Shown here: in pieces, positions 50,378 to 63,727 of the stretch | How positions within the stretch are numbered: position 1 is the stretch's first letter | How the letters are laid out: each line of letters opens with the position of its first letter | Assembly: GCA_965287045.1 (NCBI GenBank) | Contig: OZ336885.1 | Span: 38,316,001-38,380,000, forward strand | Origin: Carcharhinus amblyrhynchos | Taxonomy: Eukaryota | DNA length: 64,000 nucleotides | Reading direction: 5' to 3' | Notes under the pieces: model-generated | The model's input: only the letters and a program-made list of their open reading frames with translations | The model's database searches: none | Told to the model about the DNA's origin: nothing | Position numbers and translations under genes: made by a program

Positions 50378-50822
50378 AAGAACATAAGAAGGTAAGAAAT
50401 AGGAGCAGGAGTAGGCCATCTAGCTCTTCGCGCCTACCCCACCATTCAATAAGATCATGGCTGATCTGAAGTGGATGAGTTCCACTTTCCCGCTTTCTCC
50501 CCATAACCCTTAATTCCCCTGTCTATGAGAAATCTATCTACCTATGACTTAAATATATTTAGCGAGATAGCCTCCACCACTTCAACGGGCAGAGAATTCC
50601 AGAGATTCACCACCCTTTGAGTGAAGAAGTTCCTCCTCAACTCCGATCTAAACTGTCCCCCCTTATTTTGAGGCTGTACCCTCTAGTCCTGCTATCCTTT
50701 CTAAGCGGGAAGAATCTCTCTACCTCTTCCCTATCTATCCCCTTCATTATCTTATATGTCTCTATAAGATCCCCCCTCAGCCTTCTAAACTCCAACGACT
50801 TCAGACCCAGTCTATTCAGTCT
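50378..50822 (-). mobile_element. CR1 3' end (same family as 14209-14675)
   Basis: aagaacataagaa tail and reverse-complemented ORF2 C-terminus. Confidence 0.9.
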
Positions 50823-50914
50823 CGTTTATTCTGAATATGAATTATGTAGCCATGTGTTATCTTTTAACACTCTCCAAGCTGGCTGGATGTGTATTTTTAA
50901 AAATTTGCATTAAT

Positions 50915-51187
50915 GGTGGAATGGTAGCACAATGGTTAGCACTGCTGCCTTATAGAGCCAGGGACTCGGATTCGATTTCAGGCTTGGTCACTGTCTGTGT
51001 GGCGTCTATACATTCTCCCTGTATCTACGTGGGTTTCCTCCCACAGTCCAAAAGACACGCTGAATTCATGCTAAATTCTCCCTCAGTGTACCTGAACAGG
51101 TGCCGGAGTTTGGTGACTCGGGGATTTTCACAGTAACTTCATTGCAGTGTTAATGTAAGCATACTTGTGACTAATGAATAAACTTTA
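50915..51187 (+). mobile_element. V-SINE, tail type B
   Basis: A/B boxes, V-domain, tail ending aataaacttt. Confidence 0.85.
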
Positions 51188-52142
51188 AGTTACTGATCTC
51201 TGAAATGAACTTTCATTTTCAGCTATATTCATCTGTAAAGTTGACTGTGGGTTACATATAAAAGCTTTTAAAGCCAACATAACTCTCAGCTGAATTTCAT
51301 AAAATTGTGGAATGCCTACAGTTCAGAAGGAGGCCATTCAGCCCAATCAACCACAATCCCACCCAAGCCCTTTTCCCATGACCCCTCTGTATTTACCCCT
51401 GTTACCACCCCACCCCCTTCCAACCCCCCCACACAACTACAACGCATGAGAGATGCATAAATACCAGAACACACTTGTATCAGCAATTCAAAAGTAATAT
51501 TTGACCTTGGGAGCTGGTTTCTCTCATCACTTTCTAATTAATTTTATTGTTAATTAACTGTACTGTTAAATGAACTGCAGGACTTTAGCAAAGGTCCTAA
51601 ACATAACTAAGTTCAGTATTTCTATGGAGTTAGTAACCCACTGAGAATGTGTTTGGTCTACGCTCACAGTTTGTCAGAAGTTGAGATTAATTTAATTGTC
51701 GGTCAAACAAAGATGTTGACAGTTCCCATTTGCATTTTCTAAAAATGCCATACGCACATCAATGTTGAGCAAAGGGAACTCTGGAAGATGAACATCAGAC
51801 AGTATGCCTGTGGGCATATTTGAGATTTAAGCAGTTTTGAATTCTTGAATATTGGATCATGCACTCAAATATAGCCAATAACGTGAATAAAAATTGCTTT
51901 GACTAAATTTAATACAAACCTTTTAATCTTGATGGTAAAGGTGACGGGGGAATATGTTTGATTGTTATAAGTAAACTGTAAGTTTATAATAAACAGGGGA
52001 ATTGCCATTTAGAACAAACTCCTCACCCAGTTCTCTAACCTGACTTGCCTTCCCGACCAACAGTAATACACTAGTGTAGGTGAACACACTAAGATTTTTT
52101 TCAACATTAAAACATAGGGCAGCAATCAGCTGGAGAGGCAAT

Positions 52143-52478
52143 GGCATGGCGATGTTGTTACTGAACTGCTAATCCAGCAAGCCGGGTAATGCTCTGGGGA
52201 CTTGAGTTTGAATCCCACCACGGCAGCTGGTGACAATAGAATTCAATAAACATCTGAAACTTGAAGTTTACTGATGAGCGTGAAACCACTGTCGATTGTT
52301 AAAAAAAACCCATCTCGTTCACTAATCTCCTCTACGGAAGGAAATCTGCATCCTCACCTGGTCTGGTTTACATGTGACTCCAGAGCCACAGCGATATGGT
52401 TGACTCGACTGCCCCTTGATCAATAAATGTTGACCCAGCTAGCGACACCCACATCCCATAAAATAATTTATTAAAAAA
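52143..52478 (+). mobile_element. Second tRNA-derived SINE family
   Basis: Head with gagtttgaatccc B box, body aaacccatctcgttcactaat...ggaaggaaatctgc, LINE-like tail caataaatgttgacccagctagcgacacccacatccca. Confidence 0.75.
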
Positions 52479-54554
52479 GCTGCAGACAAGAGGCTTGCCA
52501 GACAATGTGCTCCTTGGCCTCAGCCGGTGGCTCCCCTATCCCAAGTGCTAGGATGTTCCCTAGTGATAGTTCAGATTTGTTTATCTCTTTCCACCTCTCT
52601 GTATGGAAGATTTTGCCTTCCCTCAACTATGCAAGCGGAGTTCAGAGGTCTGAGTATTAAGGGCCATGCCCTACTACTTTTACCACACATAGAGAAAACC
52701 ATGAGTTATGGTAGCTTGTAGCTGTTATATTACCTCTTTAATTTTCTTTTTGCTTTAAAAATATAGCTGAACTACTATTTTTGCTAAAATAGCTGATTTA
52801 TCTCTTGTCAGCCCTTGTGTTTCTTCTCATGGGGATTTCAGACAACATCAGGACCAAATCTGCTGAAGTTCTATGGTGTGATTTGCAATTTCAAATCAAA
52901 AAAGCAAAAAATAATCTACTCTTCAAATTGCTCATTCAGCCTCAAGTCAATTTGGGTGAATGTTACCTGGAACAGTACAAGTTGAAGCATCTGCATCTGT
53001 ATCTGGAAATAAAATTGTTCCCTAGAAATTTTCCTGTTCAAATTTGATCTCCTCCTGTAATATAAACTAAGATTTTGTTTAGCCAGCAGATTCAGAATGC
53101 TGAGAGTGAATAAAGTGAGCCGCAGCATCTGATGTTATAAAACAAGATCAGAATATTTCTAACTTGGGAATATTTCCTCCCCCACCCCACTGAAAGAAAC
53201 CCTAAAAATAATGTATAATGTCTTTGTAGTGACCATGCAGATTAATACCTGGTGAAACTGAGATGGCTGAAGTTACATTGGTATGTGTAAATCCACACGA
53301 ATGCTTGTAGCTCCTTTTATTATCAAATGATGGCACTCCTGAGGTTTAAATACACTGCTCTACAGTGGTTTACTGGTGGAATTGCAAAGCTGAAGAGGGA
53401 AAAAACATTCCTAATAGAAGCAATGATTTGATTTCATTAAATGACACCCCACCCCTTTGACTCATGGAAATGCAAAGCCCTTATGATGAAAGACATCAAA
53501 CGGTATTAAAATTGCAAACAGTAAGGTGGTACAGGCCTCAGGCTGGGTGTGGATCTGCAGCATGTCTTAATTTTACACACAGCCATTAAAACCGTGACAA
53601 AGCTTCCAATTGTGCTATAAGCTGTGTAGGTACACACTTAAAAACTATTGGTGTTGGTTCTTAATATGTGTACTCAAAGATCCACCTACTACACAACATA
53701 ATTGCATCCTCTGAGGCGAAATGCTATAAACTGCATCATTTCTGAGCAGTTGGAAATGGTTGTTAGTAACTCTTTTTAAAGGACACTGTCTTGTGTCCTT
53801 TAAATAGTTTCCACCACAACTACATTCAGTATTCTTCTACCCTCTGGACATGACACAATTTATACTTCTATGCTTTCCAAAATACTATATTTATTGTACC
53901 TTTTAGGCTCAATTTCTTAATGTGACTGTCTAAAATGCAGTCACATGTGATAAAATATTTTCACTGCTATCCCCAAACTGGCTTTGAAAGGCAGTCTTTA
54001 ATATATAACATGATGGAATGATATTACCTAAATTTTTTCACATTAATACTTTGAAGTTCTGTTAACATTTTTATTGTGTTTTGTAACTTAAGTGTTCAAT
54101 TTATCCAAGAGCATTATATTATGCTTTATGCTGAGAAACACATTACGATGCATAGTGCTTTTGTTAGAAAACTATAATTTTTGTACCTGCCTGGTGATTT
54201 AAATCTGGTTGATGTAGTTCCCCTAATACCTGTTTGTAGATGCACAGCCTGGGGTGGAAATTGACTATATATACCAGGGCTTCACTCCTATATTTTTGTT
54301 GGTTTATTTCAGATGAATAGGCTGCAAGTGATACAGCTTTTATCAGACCCCTGAACTGATTAGGAAAAGAAACCAGCCAGCCAGCGTTATCAGTCCTGAT
54401 CTCTGGATGGATTTATGGGCGCCTGGAGAATAAGGTTGAACATAATGCACTTCATGGTGTATAGTTGTTAACACTCTACTGACATCTGTGAAATTATACC
54501 TCAGCAAAGGGGGAGTTTGTTTGTAACCAAAAAAACTATAAAACTACAACTGGC

Positions 54555-54680
54555 AGAGGAGTACCACATGGCCTGCAGCAGTTCAATAAGGCAACTCACC
54601 ATGACCTTCTCGAGGACAAGTAAGGATGGGTCACAATGTTGGCTTTGCCAACAACACTCAAGTGTCCTATGAAAGGATAA
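54555..54680 (+). mobile_element. LINE 3' terminus fragment
   Basis: ctgcagcagttcaataaggcaactcacc...ggatggg...tgttggctttgccaacaacactca; a related fragment lies on the minus strand at 55900-56090. Confidence 0.55.
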
Positions 54681-57321
54681 CGAAAGTGATCAAATACATA
54701 TAGTAATCCCCTCCCATTTTCAGCCAAGGGTAGCTTCTGGAGGATGTCATTTCCTAGTTTCAGTCCGAGGAAAAATTGCATTCAAACTCTTTCTTTTATG
54801 ATATTGGGGTTCTCCAGAATATTTCACAGCCAGCAAAGCATTCACAAAGAAGAGAAAACACCACCACCAAATTGTGCACAACAAGTAGCATTGGACAAAA
54901 TGACCAGCGAAACCGTTTTGATAGTAGCTCACGAACAAAGATCATCCCCTGGAGAAGGAAGAAACTTTGACCAGGGGAAGACAATACTGCTGAAGTGCTC
55001 CCCCTGTTTGGTTAATCAAAGTTAACTTAACAATTGTTATGGAGATATCAATGGTCTAAGTTATTCTCAGGGTAAAGTAAATTTGAATGTAATATTTGGT
55101 GGAGGTGAAGAAAATTAAAAATTCTCTTTCATACAATACTGTATACTTCAAGTGGTAGCAGGAAAACTTGGCCTTTGACTAGTTAGTAGTAACTTGTGTG
55201 AAAATATTAGAGATGTTCCCATAATCTATTTGAAAATTTTCTCTGTCGGATAGCAGTAGCTAACACCTGGCCATTTGATGCTTCCAAGGCTATTGCCATA
55301 TCAGCTGTGACTGGCAGAAAATAAGAGTTTGAGGTGAGACCGAACCAAGTGAGACTACTTTTTTACGTTCATAAGAGCAACATTAACAAGAATGCACTAG
55401 AGATGTCTCTTAGTTAAGTGTTGTCTACTGATTAGCCTGGGACTATGGAAAAATGATTTGAAGGGGCAAGTTTTATTGCCCAACCAGCCAGGGGAATCAG
55501 AGTGGGGAAGGGGCAGACCATGGAAATGTCCGTTGACTTCGAGTGGGATTTTCTAGTTTTGGGTTGAGCAAAGCCAGAAAAGAGTTTGTTGCACAATTAC
55601 TCATGGCAGAATTTTAACTATTGATGGACAACTATCCAAACCATTTCAGTTCCTAATTCCTTTTCAGTTTTAGGAATTATAAACTTTGTTTTTCCTTTCT
55701 CACTATGTAGTTTACAAGGATCAGTTTCTATTTTTATTGTATTTGGCATGATTTGTCATCATTCTATAAGACCATCCATCTTCAGTTATTCTCCACCAAT
55801 GAGTCAAAAGAAGGTTCTTACAAAAGTCAGATATCAATGCATTTAGTTAAACAATACATTGCCTGTAAACTTCAATGGTTTATTTTCACAATTATTCTTG
55901 AAATGTGTTCATTTGCTAGTAGCATCAGCATTTGTTGTTCATCCCTAGTTGTCCTGAGAAAATGATAGTGAACTGTTGAAGTCTTGCGTTGTGAAGATGC
56001 ACTCGCAATGTTGTTAGGTAGGATTTTAACCATACAATGACAAAGGAACAATGATATATGTCCATGTTGGGATGTTGTGTGACTTGGAGAGATGCGGGGA
56101 AATGAATGTTAAATGTGGATGGAAGAAAAGGAGAAAAGATAAAATATTAACGTCCTGTGCACAAGTTAGGAAGAAATCATACAATGACCATGCAGTATCA
56201 TTGCCAAATCCAACATATTCATAAGGGCAGCAATTTCTGATACAACATCTGGGACAAGTAAATGTTCCTCAAAGATTAAACATTAGGAGGAAATGCTATC
56301 TCTGGATGGCAATAACTAGGGAACAGCATATTTTGTGGGTCTCTGTGCCTGTGATAATTATTGCAAACAATAAATGTGTATCAGTGCTCAACTCTGCTGC
56401 TCGGTCCAAGGAAGGATCAATTTATGATGTAATTAAATCTGGTACCTCTATATGATGCAATACGTTGCTGATGCATATTTTCCAAATGTTTATATAACCA
56501 GAACTCCAGAGATGGTTTGTCTGTCTTTTTGTGCCTCTTAAAGTTACTTGGGGTGTACGTTAGTTCCAAGAAAATTGTGGACCAGATTATTTGTAGCACT
56601 CATTCCAAAACCATTTGCCTTCCCAAAAACCATTTATGCAAAGGACCACACTACCATTAATGACCTAGAATGCTGAGGAATATCGACCTTGATTGGCATA
56701 CCTGAAGCCTCTAATTCTGATCCATAAGGTGAGGTGAAAGCCTGAAGAACAAAGGGAAAAGAAAACATAGAGCAGAATTGAGATACACGTACAAATTTAT
56801 ATATGGACTATTTTTATTCAGGGGTTTTAATGTCATACTAGTGTCCTATCTCATTGAATTCTCAGAGGACTGAAAAATGGCATAGCTGGTTTGCTCCAAA
56901 TTTTTTTGCAACTGGATTTCTGAGTTATAGTTCTCCCTTTCTTCTATAAAGGGACAAGCTGTTTGTAGAACATTAAACATAAAAGAGAGAACATATGTCC
57001 AATAAATTTGACAACTTGTATGGACTAGACCTTTTCCCCAGCTATTTTAGCCAGCCTTCTGATAATTTCATAATGTTAAAGTTCTTCTTCTTTATCCTCT
57101 GAGGGGGAGATGGCCATGTGCATCATCTGGGGCAATTGATAGAGTTCCTGTGGGTGCATGCACGTGACTGCTAAGTTTGATCTGCATCTGGAACATTAAA
57201 GTACAGGGTGGATAAACTCCAGGCATTCACAATGCAATACACTTGAGATAAAAGTTCATGGATCTTTTTCCTTCTGTTGAATTTGATCCCTAAAGTGATT
57301 GTTAAAAACAAGCGGAAGAGG

Positions 57322-57434
57322 GCCAGAATTTTCCCCAAGTCCTACTGGATTAGAAGATTCTGGTTTGGAAAGCTATGACCATTCCTGCTGAAAACTGTAT
57401 ATTTCCCACAAACAGGGGCCTAGAGAATTCTGGC
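57322..57434. mobile_element. Short MITE with terminal inverted repeats
   Basis: gccagaatt(t)tc ... gagaattctggc inverted termini. Confidence 0.55.
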
Positions 57435-57995
57435 AGCCAGAATAAGCTGATTTATGGTTCAGCTATTGAAAGGACCAGTCTACCGTCTCACAATTATCCC
57501 CTTGTGCTATTAATCCATCCCTATCCAAAGTTCCTGCGTAAGTTAATGCTCGAGTTCTCTTTGGTTTCAGAACTCACATGCCATCTGTATATCCTGCTTT
57601 GTCGAAGTATACCTTTCTTTTTATTCAGAAAGAATGCAAGGGTTGCCCAGTGTCATCAAAAAAAGAAACTGAAAAACAAAATGCTTCCTCCCCTTGTAGA
57701 GGGGCACAACGAATAGAAAACAAAATAAAACAGAAGGAAACTTATCAAATTAAATAACATTGTCACCTGGGTCCATCTCGAGAGGCATATGGAGGAACAT
57801 TTGTTGTTTTTAGCTTTATCGTTGTACTATCAGACTGTTCAGCTGCTTGCATCCTATGAGATTAAATCTCCTTGGCTTCGACTTGCATTGTAAAATGCTT
57901 TATATAAATATACAATGAGAACCCTCTTAAGAAATTAAGGAATGCTTTACTCTTAAAAGGAATGAAAGAATCACATTTACCTGGCACCTTTCATG

Positions 57996-58283
57996 GGGCG
58001 GCACGGTGCCACAGTGATTAGCACTACTGTCTCAGAGTGCCAGGGACCCAGGTTCGATTATAGGCTTGGGTCACTGTCTGTGTGGAGGCTGCACATTCTC
58101 CTCGTATCTGCATGGGTTTCCTCAAATGCTCTGGTTTCCTCCCATAGTTCAAAAGACATACTGGTTAGGTGCATTGGCCATGTTAAATTCTCCCTCTGAA
58201 CACCCAAACAGATGCTGGAGTGTGGTAACCAGGAGATTTTCTTAGTAACTTCATTGCAGTGTTAATGTGAGCCTACATGTGAA
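57996..58283 (+). mobile_element. V-SINE, tail type B
   Basis: ggggcggcacggtg head through aataaataaactta tail. Confidence 0.88.
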
Positions 58284-58351
58284 ACTAATAAATAAACTTA
58301 ACTTCCAAGGATTCCAAAGTGCTTTACAGACAATTAAGCACTGTCGTCTTA

Positions 58352-58658
58352 ACCACAGAACCATAGAATCCTTATAGTGTTTTAGGAGGCCAATTGGGTC
58401 TACACCAACTCTCCACAAGAGCATCATATTCAGGCCCACCCACCTGTCCTATCCCCGTAACCCCATGTATTTACCCTCCTAATCCACCTAACTTGCACAT
58501 CTTTGGAATTTGGGAAAAAAACCAGAGCACCTGGAGGAAACCCACGTAGACACAGACAATGTGCAAACTCCAAACAGACAGTACCCAAGGCTGGAATCAA
58601 ATCCTGGTCCCTGGCACAGTGAGGTAGCAGTGCTAATTACTGTGTCACCGCGCCACCC
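58352..58658 (-). mobile_element. V-SINE, tail type A
   Basis: ccatagaatcc tail; head cgcgccacccc on the minus strand. Sits within a Deu-SINE remnant (~58290-58990). Confidence 0.85.
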
Positions 58659-59530
58659 CATGGACATGTTGTGCACATTGTTACATTGTAGGAAACCCAG
58701 TAGCCAAATGGCACACGGCTAAGATCTGCAAAGTGCAATACGATAGCAGTCAGATAATCCGTTTTGGTGAATCTAGTTGAGGCTAGGCTGTCACAAAGGA
58801 TTTTTGTTATGAGGGCTCAAGTATCTTACCAATGTGGACATAGCAACATCCCACAAATCTTAAAAAGAATGGATGCTTTCCTTTTAGGTGAGTAAAAATG
58901 CTGACCCCAGAAGAACTGCTTCTTTTTGAGAAGTGCCATGGGATCTTTTTAATGTCCCTCCGAGCAGAGAACTTTGGTTTGACTTTTCTTTCTAAAGGCA
59001 TCACCGGAATCATTGACTGCTTTATCATAACAGTATTATTATGTATTTTGTTCCAATCCATCATTTCAGTTTCAGTGTAGCAGGGAGTGACTTATAGTCC
59101 TTCCAATATGTTGAAAAACACGTTCTTCTGTAATTTTTGTTTAAGCGAATGGTGCACTTTTTGGATTATTTCCAATTTTTAATTTTTTCTGCTATTTATA
59201 CAAAATTGATAGACTTACCAATCTACACACGATCCTCTAATGCTGTGATTTTTAGGTCTTGTCAGATTGAGTCCTGTGTGATTCTTCATGCTACTCACAA
59301 AGACTGCATCTGGTGTGGTCTCTAACATTTGCTCTTTATCTCTTCTCTAGCACACAAGCAAATATAGAAAATACTTGGCACCCTAAACACAGTAAAATAA
59401 GTGAATTGGGGTTAAAAAAGTTCACAACTAAGCATTTCCAGTGAAATTTAACAAAAGATAAATTGAAATTAAAACATCCAGCCATTGATCTGAATGGTCA
59501 AGTGTCTGAACTTGTCAAAAGAACTGGAAC

Positions 59531-59835
59531 TTGGGCGGCACAGTGGTTCGCACTGCTGCCTCACAGCACCAGGAATGTGCGTTCAATTCCGGCCTTGGTC
59601 ACTGTGAGTGTGGGACTTGCACATTCTCCCTGTTTATATGTGGGTTTCCTCCGGTTTCTTCCCACAGTCCAAAAATGTGTGAGTTTGGTTGATTGGCCAT
59701 CCTAAATTGACCCTAATGTCAGGGAGATTAGCCCGGTAAATAGGTAAGGTAACAAAGTTAGGGCTAGGGTGGAAATGTAGCCAGTACAGACTTGAAGGGC
59801 TGAATGGCCTCCTTCTGTACTGTAGGGATTATATG
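59531..59835 (+). mobile_element. V-SINE, tail type A
   Basis: gggcggcacagtggttcgcactgctgcctcacagc ... gaatggcctccttctgtactgtagggattatatga. Confidence 0.88.
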
Positions 59836-62212
59836 ATGAACTACAGCTGAATATGGCATGGGAGTCACTTACACTTAATGTGCCCCAAAATGAAACTTTT
59901 CAGATTCACCTGAAACTTTAACTCATTCTTTCCTGAACAGATGCATACTGAACAGCTGTTTATTTTTCAGCATTTTGTTTTTGTTTTAAGGAGAGAGGAA
60001 GGGCTAGAGATTAAATGTTGGCCATAGTATTAGATAGTATTCTTACAATGGTCGCCCTTTTATACTTCCTCCTTCAAATTTAATTCTATTTAAAGTCAAT
60101 TGAACTGAATATTGTGGGGGTGGGAACTGGCAGCTCGTTTCACACCACCAATACTGTGCTCCTGAATTTCTACCCCAATACGCGAGTTCCTGCTGGGAAA
60201 CCACATAAAAGTACACAGAAGACTCTAAAATATACAAGTGGAAGGAATCGCTTACCATATTTGCTACTGTTTAACCTTCAATGGTTGCTGCTCAATCTAA
60301 AGGGTGACTAAGTTGCTAAAAACAATTTACATTTGATGAGGTACTCACTTCATAACTCCAAACATGAAGACTGAATTTAAATTCTTGAGTATTTGGCAGT
60401 TCTTTTAGGTCATTTGAAGCATTCTATAGTAGATGCAGAGAGTGCAGAGGGCAGTCCTCCTTACAGCTGCTCGCAACAACAGGTTTGTGGGGGCATTTTT
60501 GAAAACTGGGAACAAATGTGTTTAATCACTGTGAATTTCATGCTCATTATGGTGCTTGTCTTGTCTTTCTTCTTGGGTTTTTATATAGTGATGTAGATAC
60601 TTTTTTTTTACTTTTGCAAGGCTATAATATAGGTGTGGTGCAAAATAAAGCTGTTTTAAATCTGTCACAATGAATATCTTTATACCTATCCTCAAAACAT
60701 CTGATAGCACAGAGTGCTGCTTTGGGTGTACAGAGTGTAAAGTGGGAGTTTGGTGAGTTAGGGAGTTCAGTGAGGGAGGTGTTCCTTTCTTTCATTATCT
60801 TTTTTCAACCCCCAGTAACTGGTTCTTTCTTTGGTATAGGGGAATAAGCTGATTGGTGAGTAACTGGTAAGTTATTCTAATTGCAATAAATAGCTTTTAA
60901 AATTACAGCATGGCAGGTCAGCTCAGCTGAGTGGAATGTTCATCCTGCTGCATGTGGGAAGTCATGGATGCATGAACACATTTGTAGGAAGTGTCACCAG
61001 CTGCAGAAGCTTGAGCTCCAGGTTTTAGAACTCAAGTTGTGGCTGGAGTCACTGTTGTACATCAATGAGACAGAGAGCTAAATGGGAAAGCATGTTTATG
61101 GAGCTGGTTACATCACAGATTTGGAGTACATAGGCAGGGAAGGAATGAATGACCAATAGGCATCTAAGAGACCTAGACAGGTAATGCAGGAGTCCCTTGG
61201 GTCTACCTTCAATTTTCCATTTGAATACTAGTGAGAGGGATGGAACCTCAGGGAGTGCAGTCAGGGCCAAGTCTGTGGCACCACAGGTGATTCAGCTGCA
61301 CAGGAGTGCTGGAGGTGGGAGGGGGGGAGAAGTGGAAGAGCATTAATGATAGAGGATTCCATAGTCAGGGGAGCAGACAGTACAAGTAATTCCAGGATAG
61401 TGCTGCCTCCCTAGTGCTTGGATCAGGGCTATCTGCAGGGGTATCCTTCTGGGGGACAGCAATAGCCAGAGGTCATTGTCCACATTGGTACCAATGACAT
61501 AGGTAGAGAGAGATGCAAGGCTGAAAATCAGATTTTAGGAATTAGGAAGGAAATTCAAGAGCAGGACCTCAAGAACAATGATCTCAGTATTACTACATGC
61601 CAAAATGAGCATATAAATAGGAGGATTGGTCGATTGAACACACAACTGGAGAATTGATGTACAAGGGACGACATTAAATTTCTGAAACATTGGGACCAGG
61701 TCTTGAGGAGATGGGATCAGCACAAGATGGACAGAATACACCTTCACAGGATTGGGATTATTACCCTCACAGGAACATTCACTAGTGCTGTTCAGGAGCG
61801 TTTAAAGTAGTTTGTCATGGAGAAGGGAACATAAGGATTGCTCACATTGGAAGTAAAGATGGCAATAGGAAGTAGAAAAATACCAAGCAAAATTAAAAGG
61901 CAGTTGAAACAAAAGTGAGCATCAACTAAGGTTAAAATGTAGAATAATGTCAAAAAGACTAAGTTAAGGGCACTCTACCTGAATGCTTGCAACCAGGTGG
62001 ATAACTTAAATGCACAAATAGGGGTAAATGGTATGATCTAATTGATATTACAGAAGTGTGGTTACAAGGTGACCAAGACCAGCAACTGAATGTTCAAAGA
62101 TATTTAATGTTTAGGAAGAACAGGCAAAAAGGAAAATGAGGCGGTGTTATGCTGATGAAAAGAGATAGGACTAGTAAGGTAGGATCTCAAATTGGGAGAA
62201 TAAAATGTAGAA

Positions 62213-62752
62213 TCTATGTACAGCTCTGGTCTCCTTACTTGAGAAAGGATGTACTGGCACTGAAGGGGATGCAAAGGAGATTCACTAGGTTGATTCTGGA
62301 GTTGAGAGGTTTGCCTTATGCAGAGAGACTGAGTAGACGGGTACTATATTCATTGGAATTTAGAAGAATGGTGAGGGGAGATCTTATAGAAACATATAAA
62401 ATTATGAAGGGAATAGATAGGATAGAAGCAGCGAGGTTGTTTCCATTGGTAAGTCAAAACAGAACTGGGGGCATAGCCTCTAAATAAGTGGGAGCAGATT
62501 TACGAGGAAAAACTTCTTCACACAAAGGGTTGTGAATCTGTAGATTTTCCTACCCATTGAAGCAGTTGAGGCTACCTCGTTGAATGTTTTTTAGGCAAAT
62601 GTAGATAGATTTTTCAACAGCAAAGAAATTAAGGGTTGTGGTGAGCAGGTGAGTATGTGGATCTGAGTCCATGAAAAGGTCAGCCGTGATCTTACTGAGT
62701 GGCGGAGCAGGCTCAAGGGGCCAAGTGGCCTACTCATGCTCCTAGTTCTTGT
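62213..62752 (+). mobile_element. CR1 3' end nested in the 60.7-64 kb CR1
   Basis: VQLWSPYLRKDVLALKGMQRRFTRLI... ending ggcctactcatgctcctagttcttgtg; the host endonuclease region resumes afterwards. Confidence 0.85.
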
Positions 62753-63387
62753 GTTTTGTGCTCTTTATTTGACTGAAGCTAAGAAGCTGCAAGGGCAGCA
62801 AGAAGTTGTTTCTAGGAACTAAGCATGGGCATAATATTAATCAGGAGATAACAGAAGCATGTAGCAGGAGTGACTTCAGTCTGTATGTAGACACGGTGAA
62901 CCACATGAGCACAGATGCTGTGGAGGATGAGTGTCGAGTATGCTAAGCATGGTTTTTGTTAGCATTTTGCTAAAGAACTGAATAGAGAACAGCCTATTTT
63001 AGATCTCTGACGTAGTGAGAAAAGGCTAATTAGTAATCTTATTGCAAAAGAACCTTTAGGGATGAGTGACAACAATATGATAGAATTTTACATTATGTTT
63101 GGAAGTGAGATAATTCAATTTGAAGTCAGGATGTTCAATTTGAACAAAGAAAATTATGAAGTTACGAGGGGCAAATTGGCTAAGGTGGATTTGGAAAATA
63201 CATTAAAAGGCATAACGGTACACAGATAGTGTTTAAAGAATTATATCACAGTGTACAGCAACAACACTTTCCTTTAAAAACACAAAAACCCAAAAAGTTA
63301 GTCAATCAAGGGTAACAAAAGAAGTTAAGGACTGTATAAGATTTAAAGTCGGATAAAGTTGCCAGATATTGTATTACCTGAAGATTA

Positions 63388-63727
63388 GGGGCAGCACGGC
63401 ACAGAGGTTAGCACCGCTGCCTCACAAGTCCAAGGACCTGCGTTCGATTCCCAGCTTAGGTCACTGTCTGTGTGGAGTTTGCACATTCTCCCCATGTCTG
63501 TGTGAGTTTCCTCCAGGTGCTCCGGTTTCCTCCCACGGTCCAAAGATGTGCAAGTTAGGTGGATTGGCCATGCTAAATTGTCCCTTTATGTCCCAGGATG
63601 TATAGGTTATGGGGATTAGCAGGGTAAATATGTGGGGTTACGGCGATAGGGCCTAGATTGGATTGTTGTCGTTGCAGACTTGATGGGCAAAATGGCCTTC
63701 TTCTGCACTGTAAGCGTTCTATGATAT
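63388..63727 (+). mobile_element. V-SINE (tail A) nested in CR1
   Basis: ggggcagcacggcacagaggttagcaccgctgcctcac...gtctgtgtggagtttgcacattctcccc...tgcactgtaagcgttctatga. Confidence 0.9.

Noticed and set aside
52271-52293. CTGATGA-gcgt-GAAAC-cact-GTC hammerhead-like string
   Set aside because: No stem II and no stem I pairing; it lies in a SINE body and is most likely a chance variant.
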